Assembly: GCF_000181795.1 (NCBI RefSeq) | Contig: NW_003526941.1 | Coordinates: 6,187,422-6,251,421, forward strand | Direction: 5' to 3' | Length of the DNA: 64,000 nucleotides | DNA from: Trichinella spiralis | Lineage: Eukaryota | Shown here: piece after piece, positions 27,191 through 40,925 of the stretch | Layout of the letters: every line of letters begins with the position of its first letter | Numbering within the stretch: position 1 is the stretch's first letter | Made by a program: the position numbers and the translations under genes | Notes under the pieces: generated by a model | Seen by the model: only the letters and a program-made list of their open reading frames with translations | Told to the model about the DNA's origin: nothing | The model's database searches: none

Positions 27191-30107
27191 TCACTCGTCC
27201 CATTCGTTGTCTTCATCGTCATCATCATCATCTTCTTCGTCGGATGAATCTGTAAAACCCATTAAATAGGATAAAGCAACAAAACATCAGAATACTCAAA
27301 GGTAATAATTTAACAGTGCTTGCTAATAAATAAGTTAAAATAAATACAACATTAATAATAATATTATATTTGACGTAAACGTATTTTGTAAACAATTAAA
27401 AAAAACTTTTTACCACTCTCAACGCCCATTTGCCCTCTTCGTTCAAGCAGAGCTCGAGCTAAAGCACCAGCAATACCACCCATTTTTTCCGCTTCATCAT
27501 CCTTAGCATTTGATTGCGGCATTTTTTCTACCTGAACACAATGACGTTAATTTTTCAATCAATCAAGCCATATACAAGTATGCAAGAAAAAAAAAACGTA
27601 CCGGTTTCAGGTTGACTCCTTGGGCAATTTGGTTCATCAGCGCCATTCGGTTGTCCACAGCTGCCGGCTCTTTGGCAGTGTTCGACGAACGTTCATCGAC
27701 ATGCTTCAGCGCTTTACCTCTACGAATTTCATCCAACAAATTTGAACGTGCAGATTTAAACTTATCTTCGACCGAAGGAACAATTTCCGTTGGAAACGGA
27801 GGAGGCGGAGGAGGGGCTGGAGGTGGGGGCGCAGCAGGTGCTTTTGGAACCATCTCTTCTGAATGAAACATCATCATAGGCGGTTGATGAGGTGCCGACA
27901 GCAAAGGTGGCAGTGGCGGTGGAGGTGGCGGAGGCGGAGGTGGCGGTTGCTGTGCAACAGTTAAAGCCATTGTTGTTGATTCTTGATGACGTCCTCCGTG
28001 GATGAGCGGTGCTGGTGGTCCGGCCGACAAAGATGAATAGCCAGACGGAGGCAATGGCCGCTGCGGCTGCTGTACAGGCGTGGGAACATCCCTAGGCGTG
28101 GGCAGAGCAGGTCTGCTTGGAGGCGGTCCAGCTAGTACACATGAAAATTCATTTAATTCGCATTTGCGTGCGGATCGAGTCTTGCGCCACTCACCTCTGT
28201 TTGCTGTACCCATATTTCTGTTAGGCATTCCAACAGCAACAGTGGAACGGTGGTGTACCGGCTTTTCTTGCTTCAACTGCCTCGTTACAGCTTCAATACC
28301 TCCCATTTGGTTTATTACAGAGTAAATAGCTTGCTTTTCAGTTTCTTGGAAATCAGTCGGCAAATTCAGCTTGGACAAAATTGCCTTTAATTCTGGATCA
28401 GCACCTTCCCCTTCGGCGGTAAAGCCTTTATTTTTATCCCAACCAATGTGAGCACGATGCCTTCAAACAACACAAAACTCTAATTCTACCCTACAACTAT
28501 CCACATACTGTATTGTGTACTCGAAATTTGTTGGATTTCCAATTTCTTTTTTATCAATTTTTCTCCTACTCTTTTTCCTTTTCGCTTTCTGTGTTGTCGT
28601 CAATCCACTAGTAACTGACGTGAACGGCATCACCACACTCATACTGGTCACCGAAGAATACGTTGGTGCCATCGTATACATGGAATGAGGTTCAGATGGT
28701 GCGACTGTGCGGGAAGCTGATTCTAAATAAATATATATAGACCAATGCACGAAATCAAAAATTACTAATTAAACCTTTCAATTCTGTACATGCGAACTAT
28801 TTTTATTACCTCGTTCAGCAATTCGATTTTGCAACTTTTGAATTTGACAATGAAAGTCATTAGCCTCATCAACACTGGCAAAGTTCAAGCCAAACATGCA
28901 ATACTAAAAACAAATCATCGAATGCCCTCACTTTAATAAGAATAACTTGAAAACATATACGTCGCCTTCGAAGGCTAACAATTCATCGCACAGGCGAGTC
29001 GAATTAAATTCATCGTAAACCTCTTGTTCCCATACAATGAACCCTTTCTTTAAATATACAAATAATGCTAATAAGAACAATAATAATAATGGTTATCAAA
29101 AGACAAACAACTGCTACCTTAATGTCGTACATTCTTAAAAAATAGCCACGGGCATTGTAATCTTTCACGAGACAAACCACACCAAACTGTTTGCTCACCC
29201 AGAGATCAGGAGTGTGATGCTCAACTGAAAGAAGCTGCGCAACAGCAGTCGATAAAGTCTATTAATGACAAAAAAATTTCATTATTTCAAGTTCAAATAT
29301 ATTTTTCAATAAAGAATCGCAGAGCAAATGTTTAATAAACATGCAAGAAACTGTTTATTAAACTTTACAAAATAAATAAAGATTAAAAATTTTAAATTTT
29401 CACTACAAACAATTCACACTTTATAAAGCAATAATAGTACGCAAACAATAATATATTTTGAACTCGATCAGATCCATTAGTTGCTGTTTATATTTACAAA
29501 ATTATTCTTGCAAACGTTTGCTACAAATTCGCAACCAGAAATTTGCAAATTTTGCTTACTGGGGTAAAGCAATCAAAATGCAACTTTTGGAGGCCAATTG
29601 CAGCAGCTACATTTAATAGCAAACAACAAAGTCGTGCATGCTCTTCGTGTACAACAACATCATTCATTGAAAATGAAATACGATAAACAGAAAATTGAAA
29701 GTGCTACAAACAAGCATTGCAATTGAAAAGTAAATATAAATTATGACATTACTTGTCAAAATGCGAGTGAAACAAACAAGTCAGTCGTACAAAACATTCA
29801 GATTCAAAACAACAGCAAACTGCACAGATGCATTTAAAATCAATAAAAATACATGCAAAAATTTTACTTTATGACACTTTGACTTTTATCCCAAAAAATT
29901 AAAAAATTAAAATTGTGTAAATAAAAATATTTCTTCATACGCTTAAGCAGCACCCTTCGTTGCTCTGCAAACTCAAAATATTCGATGAAAATGCAAAATC
30001 CTTACATAATTTTTCGAGCCCAAACATCGAAACACTTGCTCATTTTCTTCTGGAGAAAGCAACAAAGAATGTTTGTTTGTTGGGCGAGACTTTTTTGTCC
30101 CACTCAT
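27191..30107 (-). CDS. WASP: Wiskott-Aldrich syndrome protein family member, N-WASP-like (WH1-basic-CRIB-polyPro-WH2-WH2-C-A); 9 exons
   Basis: Exons 30107-30006, 29258-29118, 29047-28961, 28903-28810, 28722-28521, 28460-28195, 28131-27602, 27531-27414, 27249-27191. WH1 (GVVCLVKD, WEQEVY, FEGD, GLNFASVDEA), basic KKSRRKIDKKE, CRIB IGNPTNFEHRAHIGWD, poly-Pro, two WH2 (LLDEIRRGKALKHV, LMNQIAQGVNLKPV), C helix GALARALLERR, acidic tail ending EWDE*. Confidence 0.96.
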
Positions 30108-30988
30108 AGACGAAACAGAATTCCAACTGCTTTCTATAGCGTGAATGACTTCATCGCATCGACACACAGTGACGCATCGTTAGTAGAAAACTTTGAAGCA
30201 AAATTCGACACACGAGAATCGCTGGCCAAGGCAATTATTAAACAATACTGCCCTGCAAACAATACTGACTGCCCAACAACCAGCTACACTGCAAAAGAAC
30301 TGAACTTCAAGATAAGGGTAGATAAAACAATAACATACAGTATATAAAAATAAAGTGTTATTCCACAATTTACCGTAACTGTGTCATCGTCGTAGTTAAA
30401 ATCTTTTCCCAACGAGCGAACGCATATTTATGAAAAAAAAGCTTTTGAAAAAAAATTAAAAAATTATTTTTATTATTTAAACATTAACTTTTCAAAAGGC
30501 AAAATTCAAATATCTAAAACTCAACGAACTGTATCCGTGATTTGCATATTGTATTTATTACATAATTTCTCAATAATTTTTAAAATACGTAATAAATTAA
30601 TTCTACTTAATGCCATTTTCCATTGTAAAGAATGCTATGATGAATGAAATAACATTCAAACCGTTTCAATAAAATTTGAATGCTATCATACTGTTCATCA
30701 TATTAAAAAATAACGCACTTATACAGTAGTGTAATTTTATGCATTTCCGAATACAACTTGATTTTCATTACAATGTTCAATTTCATATTGACTGTTTGAC
30801 TTACTCACCTTTCTGAGATTGTTTTAATTTGCAACAATAAAATATTTCTAATTCGCCTGTGCAAATAATACACGTTATTCAGCTTTATACGTTGATCTTA
30901 CTTTTATACGCACAGCAAATGCATTTATATCGAATTGAAAGAAATTGTAACTAACGTATAACAACTTTCAAAGTTTTGTTATAGAATT
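30108..30988. promoter_or_regulatory. Short divergent (head-to-head) intergenic region between WASP and TSC1; probable bidirectional promoter
   Basis: Start codons 881 bp apart on opposite strands, AT-rich core; no specific motif identified. Confidence 0.5.
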
Positions 30989-33900
30989 ATGGACAACAAT
31001 GAAAACCCCGATTTGGAGTGTATGCTGGCTCTCATGAAATCAACCGATCCAGTAGTATCTGACGAAGCCTCTACTACTTTAAAAAATATTATTAATAATG
31101 GTCAAGAACTGAGCTTCCATTTTGAATGCTTTTTAAATAAAAAACTTTCTATTCTAGGTGACAATGATATTTTGAAAAATTGTTTCGAGCAATATGTGAA
31201 AACCGGCTGCAAAGTCATCCTCGACGTTCTAATATCTGTTAAAGCGCCGATGGATAGGGTAAGAAGTTTTGAAAAACAATCTGATGAAAGAAGAGTTAAA
31301 TTGTTCACAGTAACACAAAGTCATATTTAAGATTCTGCTCGAATACATATCATCCATATTGCAAATGTACCCATTTGCTGTACTGGATTTTTTGTTTCTA
31401 ACTGTGAAGAAATCTCCAACGTGGATACATCATTTGACAGAGAATGCATTTTTTCAAAAATTGACAGAATTCGTCGAAGTAATAATGATAATAATAATAA
31501 TAATAATCATGCAATGAAATAGAAAAGAGAATACCTTCAGTTTATGACTTCTTTTTTACTTCAGCAAAGCAACAACGTTGCATTTGTAATCGGTATTCTG
31601 TACGTCTTGTCTAGTTTGCTGCCACAATTGCCATCTTTGAGCTCGGAATTAGACACTCTTTTTCGTCTGCTAATAGCAGCAGCAAAGTTACTGTACGACC
31701 ATGGTAGTGGACTATTTTTTCAATTAAATTTCAACTAATCTCGTTTACACTGCTTTCAGACACTGGCTACAAGAGAGCTTTGCGAAAAGCTCTGGTGATT
31801 TACTGTCAAAATCTTTACACGTTGTATCCATGCAGTTTCATCGGATACATGCGTTCTGAGTTCGCCTCACAGCCTCCGAATTCATCTCAGCTGTCATTTT
31901 TCGCGACAGTTATCAGAGTATGAAACTGAAAATAACGTAATTAATTTGGCATGTCAATAATTTTCATTTCAGCCAATTTTGAAAGCAATCACTGTTCATC
32001 CACTCATAATAACAAGCACGAAAGATGCCGAGATATCGAAAGATAGGTGAGCAGTTGTAGAAGCAAATATATTAAATGTTCAATTTAATAATTTCATTCT
32101 CTTATTAACTAGCAACTTTTATTTTACCATACTAGCAAACTACCCTTTTGTATAGATGAATTGCATTTGAATACAGTATAAATATAATCAAGTAAGACTC
32201 GAAAAAGAGTCGAAATGCGTTGAATGCACACTGAAACAGTATTTGTAGTGTTGTTATTGTAATTGTAATGATAAAAATTCCCTTTTTTCAAATGTCTGAT
32301 TTATAATCCTGTCCAATGCTTGAATTTCGTCATCTTAGATGGCTGAACAAAGAACCGAACGACTGTTTTATCGAAAGTTTGGACGTGAGTGTTGACCAGA
32401 CGGACGATTGTATGCTCGAATGCATTCCAACCGAAGTGACAACTGTTCCTAATGTTTATTACGCGAATTGGCAAGGAGCGGTTTCGAATTTCAACAGCGA
32501 GGCCAGTTCGTCAGACGTGGTCGAGCTGCATCGCAGGGGCAGTGGCGGCAATTTGGCATCGTTCATGTCCAAATACTGGCCGATCAGAAATCCGAAATCC
32601 GATTCGCAGGATGCGAAGTCGGTGGACGGCAGAATGGGTGCTGAGAAAAACGAACTCAGGCCGAGATTGCGTTGTCAGACGACGCCCAGGTCCGAGCATG
32701 AGTTGTTGGTTTCGAAGCGAGAGAGGGCGTTGAATGAGTCGAGGAAGGTTTTGAATTTGACCACCACCACCGCCGCCGGCAAGGATAGCTCGACCGACTC
32801 ACCACCTCCCGTCACGCCAACTTATGGTTCAGTCGGTTCGTGCAACGAAGATCCCGGTGCGACGAGCAAGTTCTCATCCGCAGCATCGCATCAGCCGTTG
32901 AAGCAGAGGAGAAGCTTTGGCAGCGCCATAGCCAAGCTTTTCCGATTATCTCAGCATACTGGATCCAGTTCCAAAACCCCAAGCCTGGTGCCGCTGTCGC
33001 CTTCGAAGAAGGGGTTCGGTTTCGGCGAGTCGGTTTTTCCGAACATGATTCGCCTAGTGGAACGGGATTCAGACACGCGGACTTTGCTCAAACAAGCCGA
33101 AGCTCAGCCGACCGAAATTGCCAAAGAAGCTAACGAAGAAGATTCACCACCAAATGCTGAGCAGCTCAGAACGGTGGCTGCACAACTGATCAAAGAGCCA
33201 CAGACTGCTGATGTGAAGCACTGTTCGTCGATCAGCAGTTCCACGGGACAGGTATTTTCTGGTAAATCATCGTCATTTCTCGGTCCTCCACCACAAATGC
33301 GCAACATCACCAGCGCCCGTCAACAACAACAACGGAAACTGACCAAACAGATCAGTTCTGCAGTATTGTGCAGCAACAGTGCAACTGTTGGTACCGCCGG
33401 CTTGTCAGTTACTGCCACCTCACTGCTAACCAAAGCTGAACAAGCAAAGCACGAAGATAACAAAGCTGAGAAGAAGACACCAATTTTGCTACTGAGGCGC
33501 TTCTCGTCTTGCCCAAATTTGACTTTCATCACCGGCGACAACAACAAGCCCACGTTCACCAATACGGTGGTGAACACGATGTTACCCGCGTCGCCGTCAA
33601 TTTTCCCGGCATTTTCTTCCAGCCCCATCCAACAGCAGCAATACGGTGACATCAGACCGGGTAATTAATTGTCGATCAAAATACAACATTCATTACCTGG
33701 CGTTGGTACCTGCAACCTAATCCCTAACTGTCTTCATGCTTTAGAAGTGGAAATAAACGGCGGCAATTCAGTCGACGAAATCTACATCAACTTGGGTGAA
33801 GAATTGTACTCAGAAATGAAGGGGCGTTTGACAAATTTGTACAACATACCAACGGACACCGTTCAAGCACGACGGCATTCCAACGACAATGAAGATGAAA

Positions 33901-35101
33901 AGCCAATTCAGCTTGACAATGCGTCCATTTGGAAAATGAAAATACAACTACTGGAATATGAGCTAGAATTCGAACGGTACAAAAGAGATCAACACGCTGA
34001 ACGCAATCAACGTCTGAATGGTAAATTTTGATGAATTTATTACGAATATATACATACACGTATACACTGACCGGTAAATTGCATTTTGTGATTGTTCGTT
34101 TTCAGATCGGTTGAAGCATTTAATAGCGTTGGAACAGTATTTGCAGAGCAACTTAATACAGATACGCTGGCTGTTCCATCAACGTAGTGTGCTGAACGAG
34201 CGAGTGGCAAAGTTGAAAAGCGAAAACCTACGCATTCAGAATACATTTTCGGAAAAAGAGCGAACCTGGTTGAAGAGATACGCTCAGCTGAATCGAGTAC
34301 GTGCCAACATTAACATACACATATATATATAACGACGAGAATAATGACATGTATGATGTTCGCATTGATAATTCAATTTCTGTTCCCTTCCAGGAAAATC
34401 AACAGTTAAAACAGAATGTGCAATCAGTTGAACAAACGGTCGATTCAATTGAAGGAGAAACTATTAAAGTCTTCCAAAAGTTGGAAGTGGTGAGTAAAGA
34501 ACTTACAGAGAAACAAATGAAAATGGAAGCGTGGGAAAAAAATGTCCAATCTTGTGGGATTCGAGAGCAGGGTTTACAGCTGACAGTGCGGACCCTGCAA
34601 GATCAGCTTGCCGCCATAACTGAACAGTGTCGAGAATACGAGACTAAAAAGCTCGACTTGGTGATGACGGAAAAACGACTGGCCGAAGTCGAAGCGCTTA
34701 TTGAACAGCAGACCGAGAAAATTGACCATCTGAAGTCGACATCCCGGACAATGTGCCATAAGCAACGGATTGCCATGCATCAGCCGCGCATGTTGCGCCT
34801 GCAGTTGGCTGCGAAAGAAAAGCTCATCGCAAAGCTGAAAGCGCTCACCGAAAGGGAAAACAGCGAAATCCAAGCCTTGCATCACATGCACGCACAATTG
34901 CAAGCTGTCTGCTGTGAAAAAGACTGGCACCTTGTGGATTTTTACAAACAAATGAGCGCGGCCAATGTGGACGACAGTTCAGGGCAGACGGCTGACACTT
35001 CTACAGCTCAGACCGGCGATCCGTCGTCTCTTACAACGACAAGAACAGAGCCGAACACTTCTTCAGCGGATAGCACTGACCATTTCCGCTCATCAGCTTG
35101 A
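30989..35101 (+). CDS. TSC1: Hamartin (tuberous sclerosis 1); 11 exons
   Basis: Exons 30989-31100, 31158-31258, 31332-31478, 31565-31703, 31760-31917, 31973-32046, 32339-33660, 33745-34020, 34106-34296, 34394-35101. Hamartin N-domain motifs NLYTLYPCSFIGYMR and PILKAITVHPLIITSTKDAEISKDRWLNKEPNDCFIESLDVSVD; S/T/P-rich linker; coiled-coil start QLLEYELEFERYKRDQHAERNQRL (human: LLYERFKRQQHALRNRRL); AATAAA at 35131. Count of listed exons is 10; one small exon could be missed but frames join without it. Confidence 0.9.
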
Positions 35102-36925
35102 AGCGAAGCTTTTATTTTTTCTTTTATTTTAATAAACTGAATGGTCAATTTGACATACCACTCCATTTGTGTTTTACAACGAATACCGTTTCGATATTCC
35201 AAATTAAGTTAAATTAATACAATTGAACTAACTATATTTAACAAAAAAAGAAAAACTCACTAAACTGAAAAATAATCGCGACAGAATAAAGCAAAACTAG
35301 CAAGATGGGATAGCCAAATAATAACATACTTGAACTTGTCCGTCTTATGAAATTTTACCTGTAACAGAGAGATCGCTTGCGTTTGCCAATTTGCCGCTAT
35401 CGTCCAATGAAAAGCTCGAGAAACTCCCTAAAATAAAAGAAACGAATGCTAATTTTTACTTCCTACGATATTCCTGTAAATTCTCTGCCAGCAACAGTAA
35501 ATGATCTTACCGTTTATGTAGAACAGAAACTGCACAAGCATGCATAATTTTTATGAATATTAAAAGAAACTGGGATGTGCATTCTCAACAGCATGCACAA
35601 TTCAGTTCATCGGCGGTTGCATAAACACTTTCTGTTTTATGAGTTTTCCATAGCAAGCGCTTATCGAAACTCATATTACCTTTCTTATCTTATCAAATAA
35701 GTAAATCAGCAATCGCAAAATGAGAAATTTTCTATACGTTACGATTTGAAATACCAAAGGATTTTCAACAGTGGCAATTAGTTAACGTTGAATATAATGT
35801 ATATTTTAAAGCAACCCGTATTGATTAGAAAACTTTCAATAAAAATAAAAGCATAAAAGCAATAATTAGCTTTTTCGTTCAAATAAAAGTATTAGTTGCC
35901 GACTTTAAAGAAACTTTTCTTCGATAACGACAACTGGCGTAGAAATGAAAGTCAACAAAAGCAACAACATCACTCCCCAATTTTACAACTATAACCATAA
36001 CAGATATCATTGGATTAAAACTATGAAAATACAAATAAATAAGCTTTACCTTCCTTATTTGATTTTATAAAATACTTGTTTTCAGATGCATAAAACAACA
36101 CACAGTAAATTGTTCTAATATTTGAAAGCATCCATCCATTCATCAACCACTAACAAATAACCGAATCACAAACCGAAAAAATGAAGATTTACTAAAATAC
36201 CATTACAGTATGCTACAGTAAGATATACTAAAGTTCATATGTAAAGTGTATAAATGATACAATATTAATAAAACCTTTAAATTTATCAGATGAAAATTTA
36301 TTATAAAATATACGTCAGTTACTTATTCATCTGAAAAGAATTAGCTTAGAAATAAAGAAATACAAAATATTTTTGTAACAAGCATTTTCTAGGAAAAGAA
36401 CATGCTTTCTTCATAAAATAAATTAATAATAATGATTTTAATTATAATTATTATAATCATCAAGTAGTATTTCCAAGATACCAAAGTAATATTTGATCAA
36501 GAACAACATGCATTATCATCAAATTGCTTACACTGCGCACATGCGCACACGAATGGATTATACACCTTTGGGAATATCTTAATAAATTCCCAAATGTTGA
36601 CAATTCAAAATCAGCTAAACAATTGTTATTATTATTATTATTACTGCTGACTGTTTTCGTTTTTAATTGAAATAAACGTTATTCATTCATCAGATGTGAT
36701 CCACAACCAAAATTATCAATACTGAATTCTGGAAATGGTAACTGATCAATGTTTAAAATATTATTAAATGAACTATTTCTTTGCAATGAGCAAAGCGTAA
36801 GCAGAAATGCAAATAATGAGCCAGAAAAAATGGGGCTTTAGAAATGTGAGAAAAGAAATTAAAATATACTTTAAGTTAAATTGATTAAAAAGAATTGAAT
36901 AAGAAAACATGATCGAAGAATCAAA

Positions 36926-39900
36926 CTAAGACAATCCAATATGTTCATTACGAGAAATCTGGGAACTGATCATCGTAATCTCGTGTACAGGTGGCCAATG
37001 GATACCGACAAACAGTTTGTACAACGCTGCCCCGATCAAACCGCCAATATGAGGACCAATAATTGGTACCCAGAACCAATAATTTCGAACGCTTAAATAA
37101 AAATGTTGATTTATAATTCAGATGGCCACAAGTACGCTATCCGCAGCGCGTGTAAAGGTTATTTTGATCGAATTATTTATTACCTGAACGTTTCAGAACC
37201 CCAGCCAGTCAAAGATGTCAGTAAGCGAGGACTGAAATCACGAGCTGGATTAATCGCTCCACCACAATTGTAACCAAATCCTGATGCGACGGAAAAAATT
37301 GCCAATCCAATTAAAACTGGAGCAATTGCTTTAGGCACTTCCATATTCCGTTCATCGGTTACAGCGACAATAACCATCAACAAAATTGCTGTGCCCAGAA
37401 CCTAAAATAATGTAACATAAATTTTGACAATGAATAATATTTGAACAGTTTTCAATTTAAATTTATACTTGATCAAAAAAGGATCCAGCAGTGCTTATAT
37501 GATCACTTGGATATGTTGCAAAAATGCCGGCTGTTGCGTTAGGTCCTGTTACCAACCGATGTCCCATGTCAAACGTATTTATTGCATCTAATCCAACAAA
37601 AAAATTCAAATATATGTTAAATTAAAAATAAAAAAGTTCCACTGAACTTATTTTACCCGTGTAAATTACAAGTACAATTGACGAACCAATAAAAGCCCCT
37701 AAATATTGTCCAAACCAATAAGCAGGCAACATATGCCAACTACAAGCACCGATACTGCACAGCGCAAGCGTGACGGCAGGATTGACGTGACCACCTACAG
37801 TTGAACATAATTTGAAAAATATTTAATTGCAAAATTATCTTTTAATAAAAATACAAAAACGTGCACTTATAATATTCTACCAATTTCAATTCTTAAAATT
37901 TATCCTAATCCATAAGTGATAATCTTGATAAGTGATAATAAATGACCAATCAAATGCAGTTATTGCTCATTAATTTCAGAAGCAGAGCTTAAGCTAAAGT
38001 TGATATTAATATTTAAAAAATAAGTGGGCATTCAACAATAAATTATTGCAATACAACTGGTGTTAGATATCCGGTATCGGTACCGAGGAAGCCTAACATT
38101 ATTCTGAGATCAATTTCACATTATTCGTAAAGGTGAAGCGCATGAAATTATAATTTCAATTGTGTTTTATGAAATTAAAGATTTTAGTGCAACTGCAACT
38201 GTAAATTGAATAAATATTACTTTCTGTAATGTTCAGTAAGTGTCTTGTAAATAAATAGGTTTTAGTACCTATCCCAATGACATTATCATCTGGATTTAAT
38301 TTTAAAAACTGAAAAATCCATTTGAAAAAATTATGATGATGATGATGATGATGATACTGCTACAAGTAAAAATTTAAAATTGTTATTCAACTGTCACATA
38401 ATTCATTAACATTAATTCAGCAACTAATTAATTCCGTTCTTCAGCATTCACCCTTTGGGTAAGTTTTTCAATTAATTTCAATCAATATTAAAGTATTATT
38501 AATTTAAAAGTTATTAAATTCTTCCAATTTTTCAAAATATTCAATGCTTTTAGCATTTATAATGAATTTAATACAACCGTATAATTGATAACTTCTAGTA
38601 AAATCAAAAGTATGATATTATTATAAATGTAAAATTTTGAAAACTATCCATTTCAAGCTAAAACAAACATTTACCGACATCTGAAATTCACGTGAAACTT
38701 AACAATGACAGTTTGCTTTCGTGAATTGCAAACTGCAAATATGTTTTGCACTGAAATGCAACAAAAACAAAACTGTGACATTATCAAGGTACTGATTAGC
38801 AACATGGAAAATAATGTAAAAGTGAAAAAAAAATTTTTGAACACAATTTCATTTCCACAATTTTTCAATATTATTGACCTTTAAAAAGGAAGTTTGCATT
38901 AAAGTTTCCATCCAACTAAAAACCATTATCAACAGAAACCCCTGCTTTCAAGCATTTTGAACTACTATTCTGATCGACAATCATTTTCAATGCAATCGTC
39001 GATTTATCAGCATTTATCGTATATTTTCTGAATCAGCATCGTTCTTGCAAATGTAAATATAGATAATACACAAATTTGTATTTCGTTCATCAGTATCTAA
39101 TGATATATTTTATCAAATATTATCACTAGAAAAATCAAACAGCAAAGTTACCAATCGCGTTGCGTTAATAGTTAATTATCTGCGAAACGCAGCCCAAAAT
39201 GTACAGCTGTTGTATTTGCCGACTCGCAGTTTTAAATGCAAAAAGGAAAACGCATGTATCAACCCATTTCTCTACGCAAATGTGTATGTAATGGAATAAT
39301 TGTATCATTGAACATTAGCTGTACAGCGGTGAAGCAATAAAAAGCAATTAAACAATAAATTACACACATCAAAGAACTTCATCATCATGTTTGATAATGT
39401 TAAAATTGGACAAGATTGGAACAGTAGAAAACAATGAATTTATGTTGCGAAAATTTGCTATACTTTATGCAAAAATTGCTAACTGTTCGGCATTTTCATC
39501 TCAGCTATCTACAGTAATCATTATAATACAACATGCATTCATTCTGTCTACAAATTTAGATGTTCAATTTATAGCTGAAAACTTAAAATTGCAAAAAACT
39601 GTATGAAAAAGTTGAAACTATATTATAAGTGTGCGCAAGTGAGTGCAAAATTTCTCGAATACAGAAATACAAATATTTTGAATAGTGAAATGAAGAGGAA
39701 TTCAAAGAAAAAAATATCAATTTAAATTAATCGAATTTTCAATGCAGAATGTACTTTTTCATTGTTTTCTTTTTAATTTGCATCTCCACAATTTGATCTT
39801 GGTGTTGCTGTTGAAGTATTCGAGAAAAATTGATGAACCGTTTCCAAAATTGATCACCGCATGAGTGAAGAAACAACAATTTTTGCATTCTTTTTTTTCG

Positions 39901-40925
39901 GAAAAAAGAAAATTTAGGTTAAAATTGAAATTGCCAAGTAAAACGATTTCGCCATCTTATTTTCACTATTGCATTACATCCGACTCCTCTGCACTGACAA
40001 CCTGACAATCAAAAAGGGTAACAACTCAATTTCACGCCTTTTATACTTTGCAAATTTGCAAAAAGCACTCCAAGAACCCTGACCTGACCGAACTTGACTA
40101 AAAAAAAGGGAAAAAATTATCAAAACAGAATAAGGAAATTTTTTTCTTGTTGAAAACCACCGTCATACGAGGATATTAACGTTCCTATGACGTACAAATA
40201 AATAAACACTTGAAAATGCTGTTTGAGGTTTCAAGCTAACGAAAAGCCGCTTCTAGTTTCAGTGTTGTCTTTAACCGGTTTCGTTGTTAACCTCGTCACA
40301 CCGCAAGCCAAAGTCAAACACAGTCTTCAAATTCCAATTAGAAAATCTACTTTGTTTTGTCGGCAAATAGAAAGCAAGAAAATTGCATTAAAATTGTACC
40401 TAATGAAACGTATATTATCAAAGAAACAGGAAAACATGATATTATTCATTGTTCAGGGAGAATTGTTGTTCTTGCTTTGAATTTGAATTTGAACACACAC
40501 ACACACACACACACACCTCTTAATCTTGATCAGTATGCTTATAGAATTGATAATAAATCAAAACTGCCGAACAACAACAGTTTAAAGTCAAATAATCAAA
40601 CAATAATAATAATAATGGTTACTTATGCAAATTTTACCTGAAACTCCACCGCTGACGTAAATGGCGAATGTCAATGCGAGAGCGTAGGCAACGTTGACGG
40701 TAACAAAATTTCCAGCTTGTTGTCGACTGAGAACCGCCTGTGCAATTGCTCCATCACCAAGCATCTGAAAATGTAAATGTAGTGGAGAAGCTTTTCCGAA
40801 TGAACAAAATAATAAAAGATGCTCACCACAAGTACCAGGGTGCCAAAAAATTCGGCCAAAACAATTCGAATCCAAGTTCGATCAGTACGTAGTCGTTTTG
40901 CCATCGTATGCTGCAATCTCTTCAT
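36926..40925 (-). CDS. Aquaglyceroporin (AQP3/7/9/10-like MIP), 6 exons, 867 bp, 288 aa
   Basis: Exons 40925-40827, 40764-40638, 37794-37657, 37587-37469, 37401-37184, 37091-36926. Motifs AEFFGT, SGGHVNPAVT, TAGIFATYP, AINPARDFSPR (Asp after the second NPA is the glyceroporin signature), WFWVPIIGP. Confidence 0.96.
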
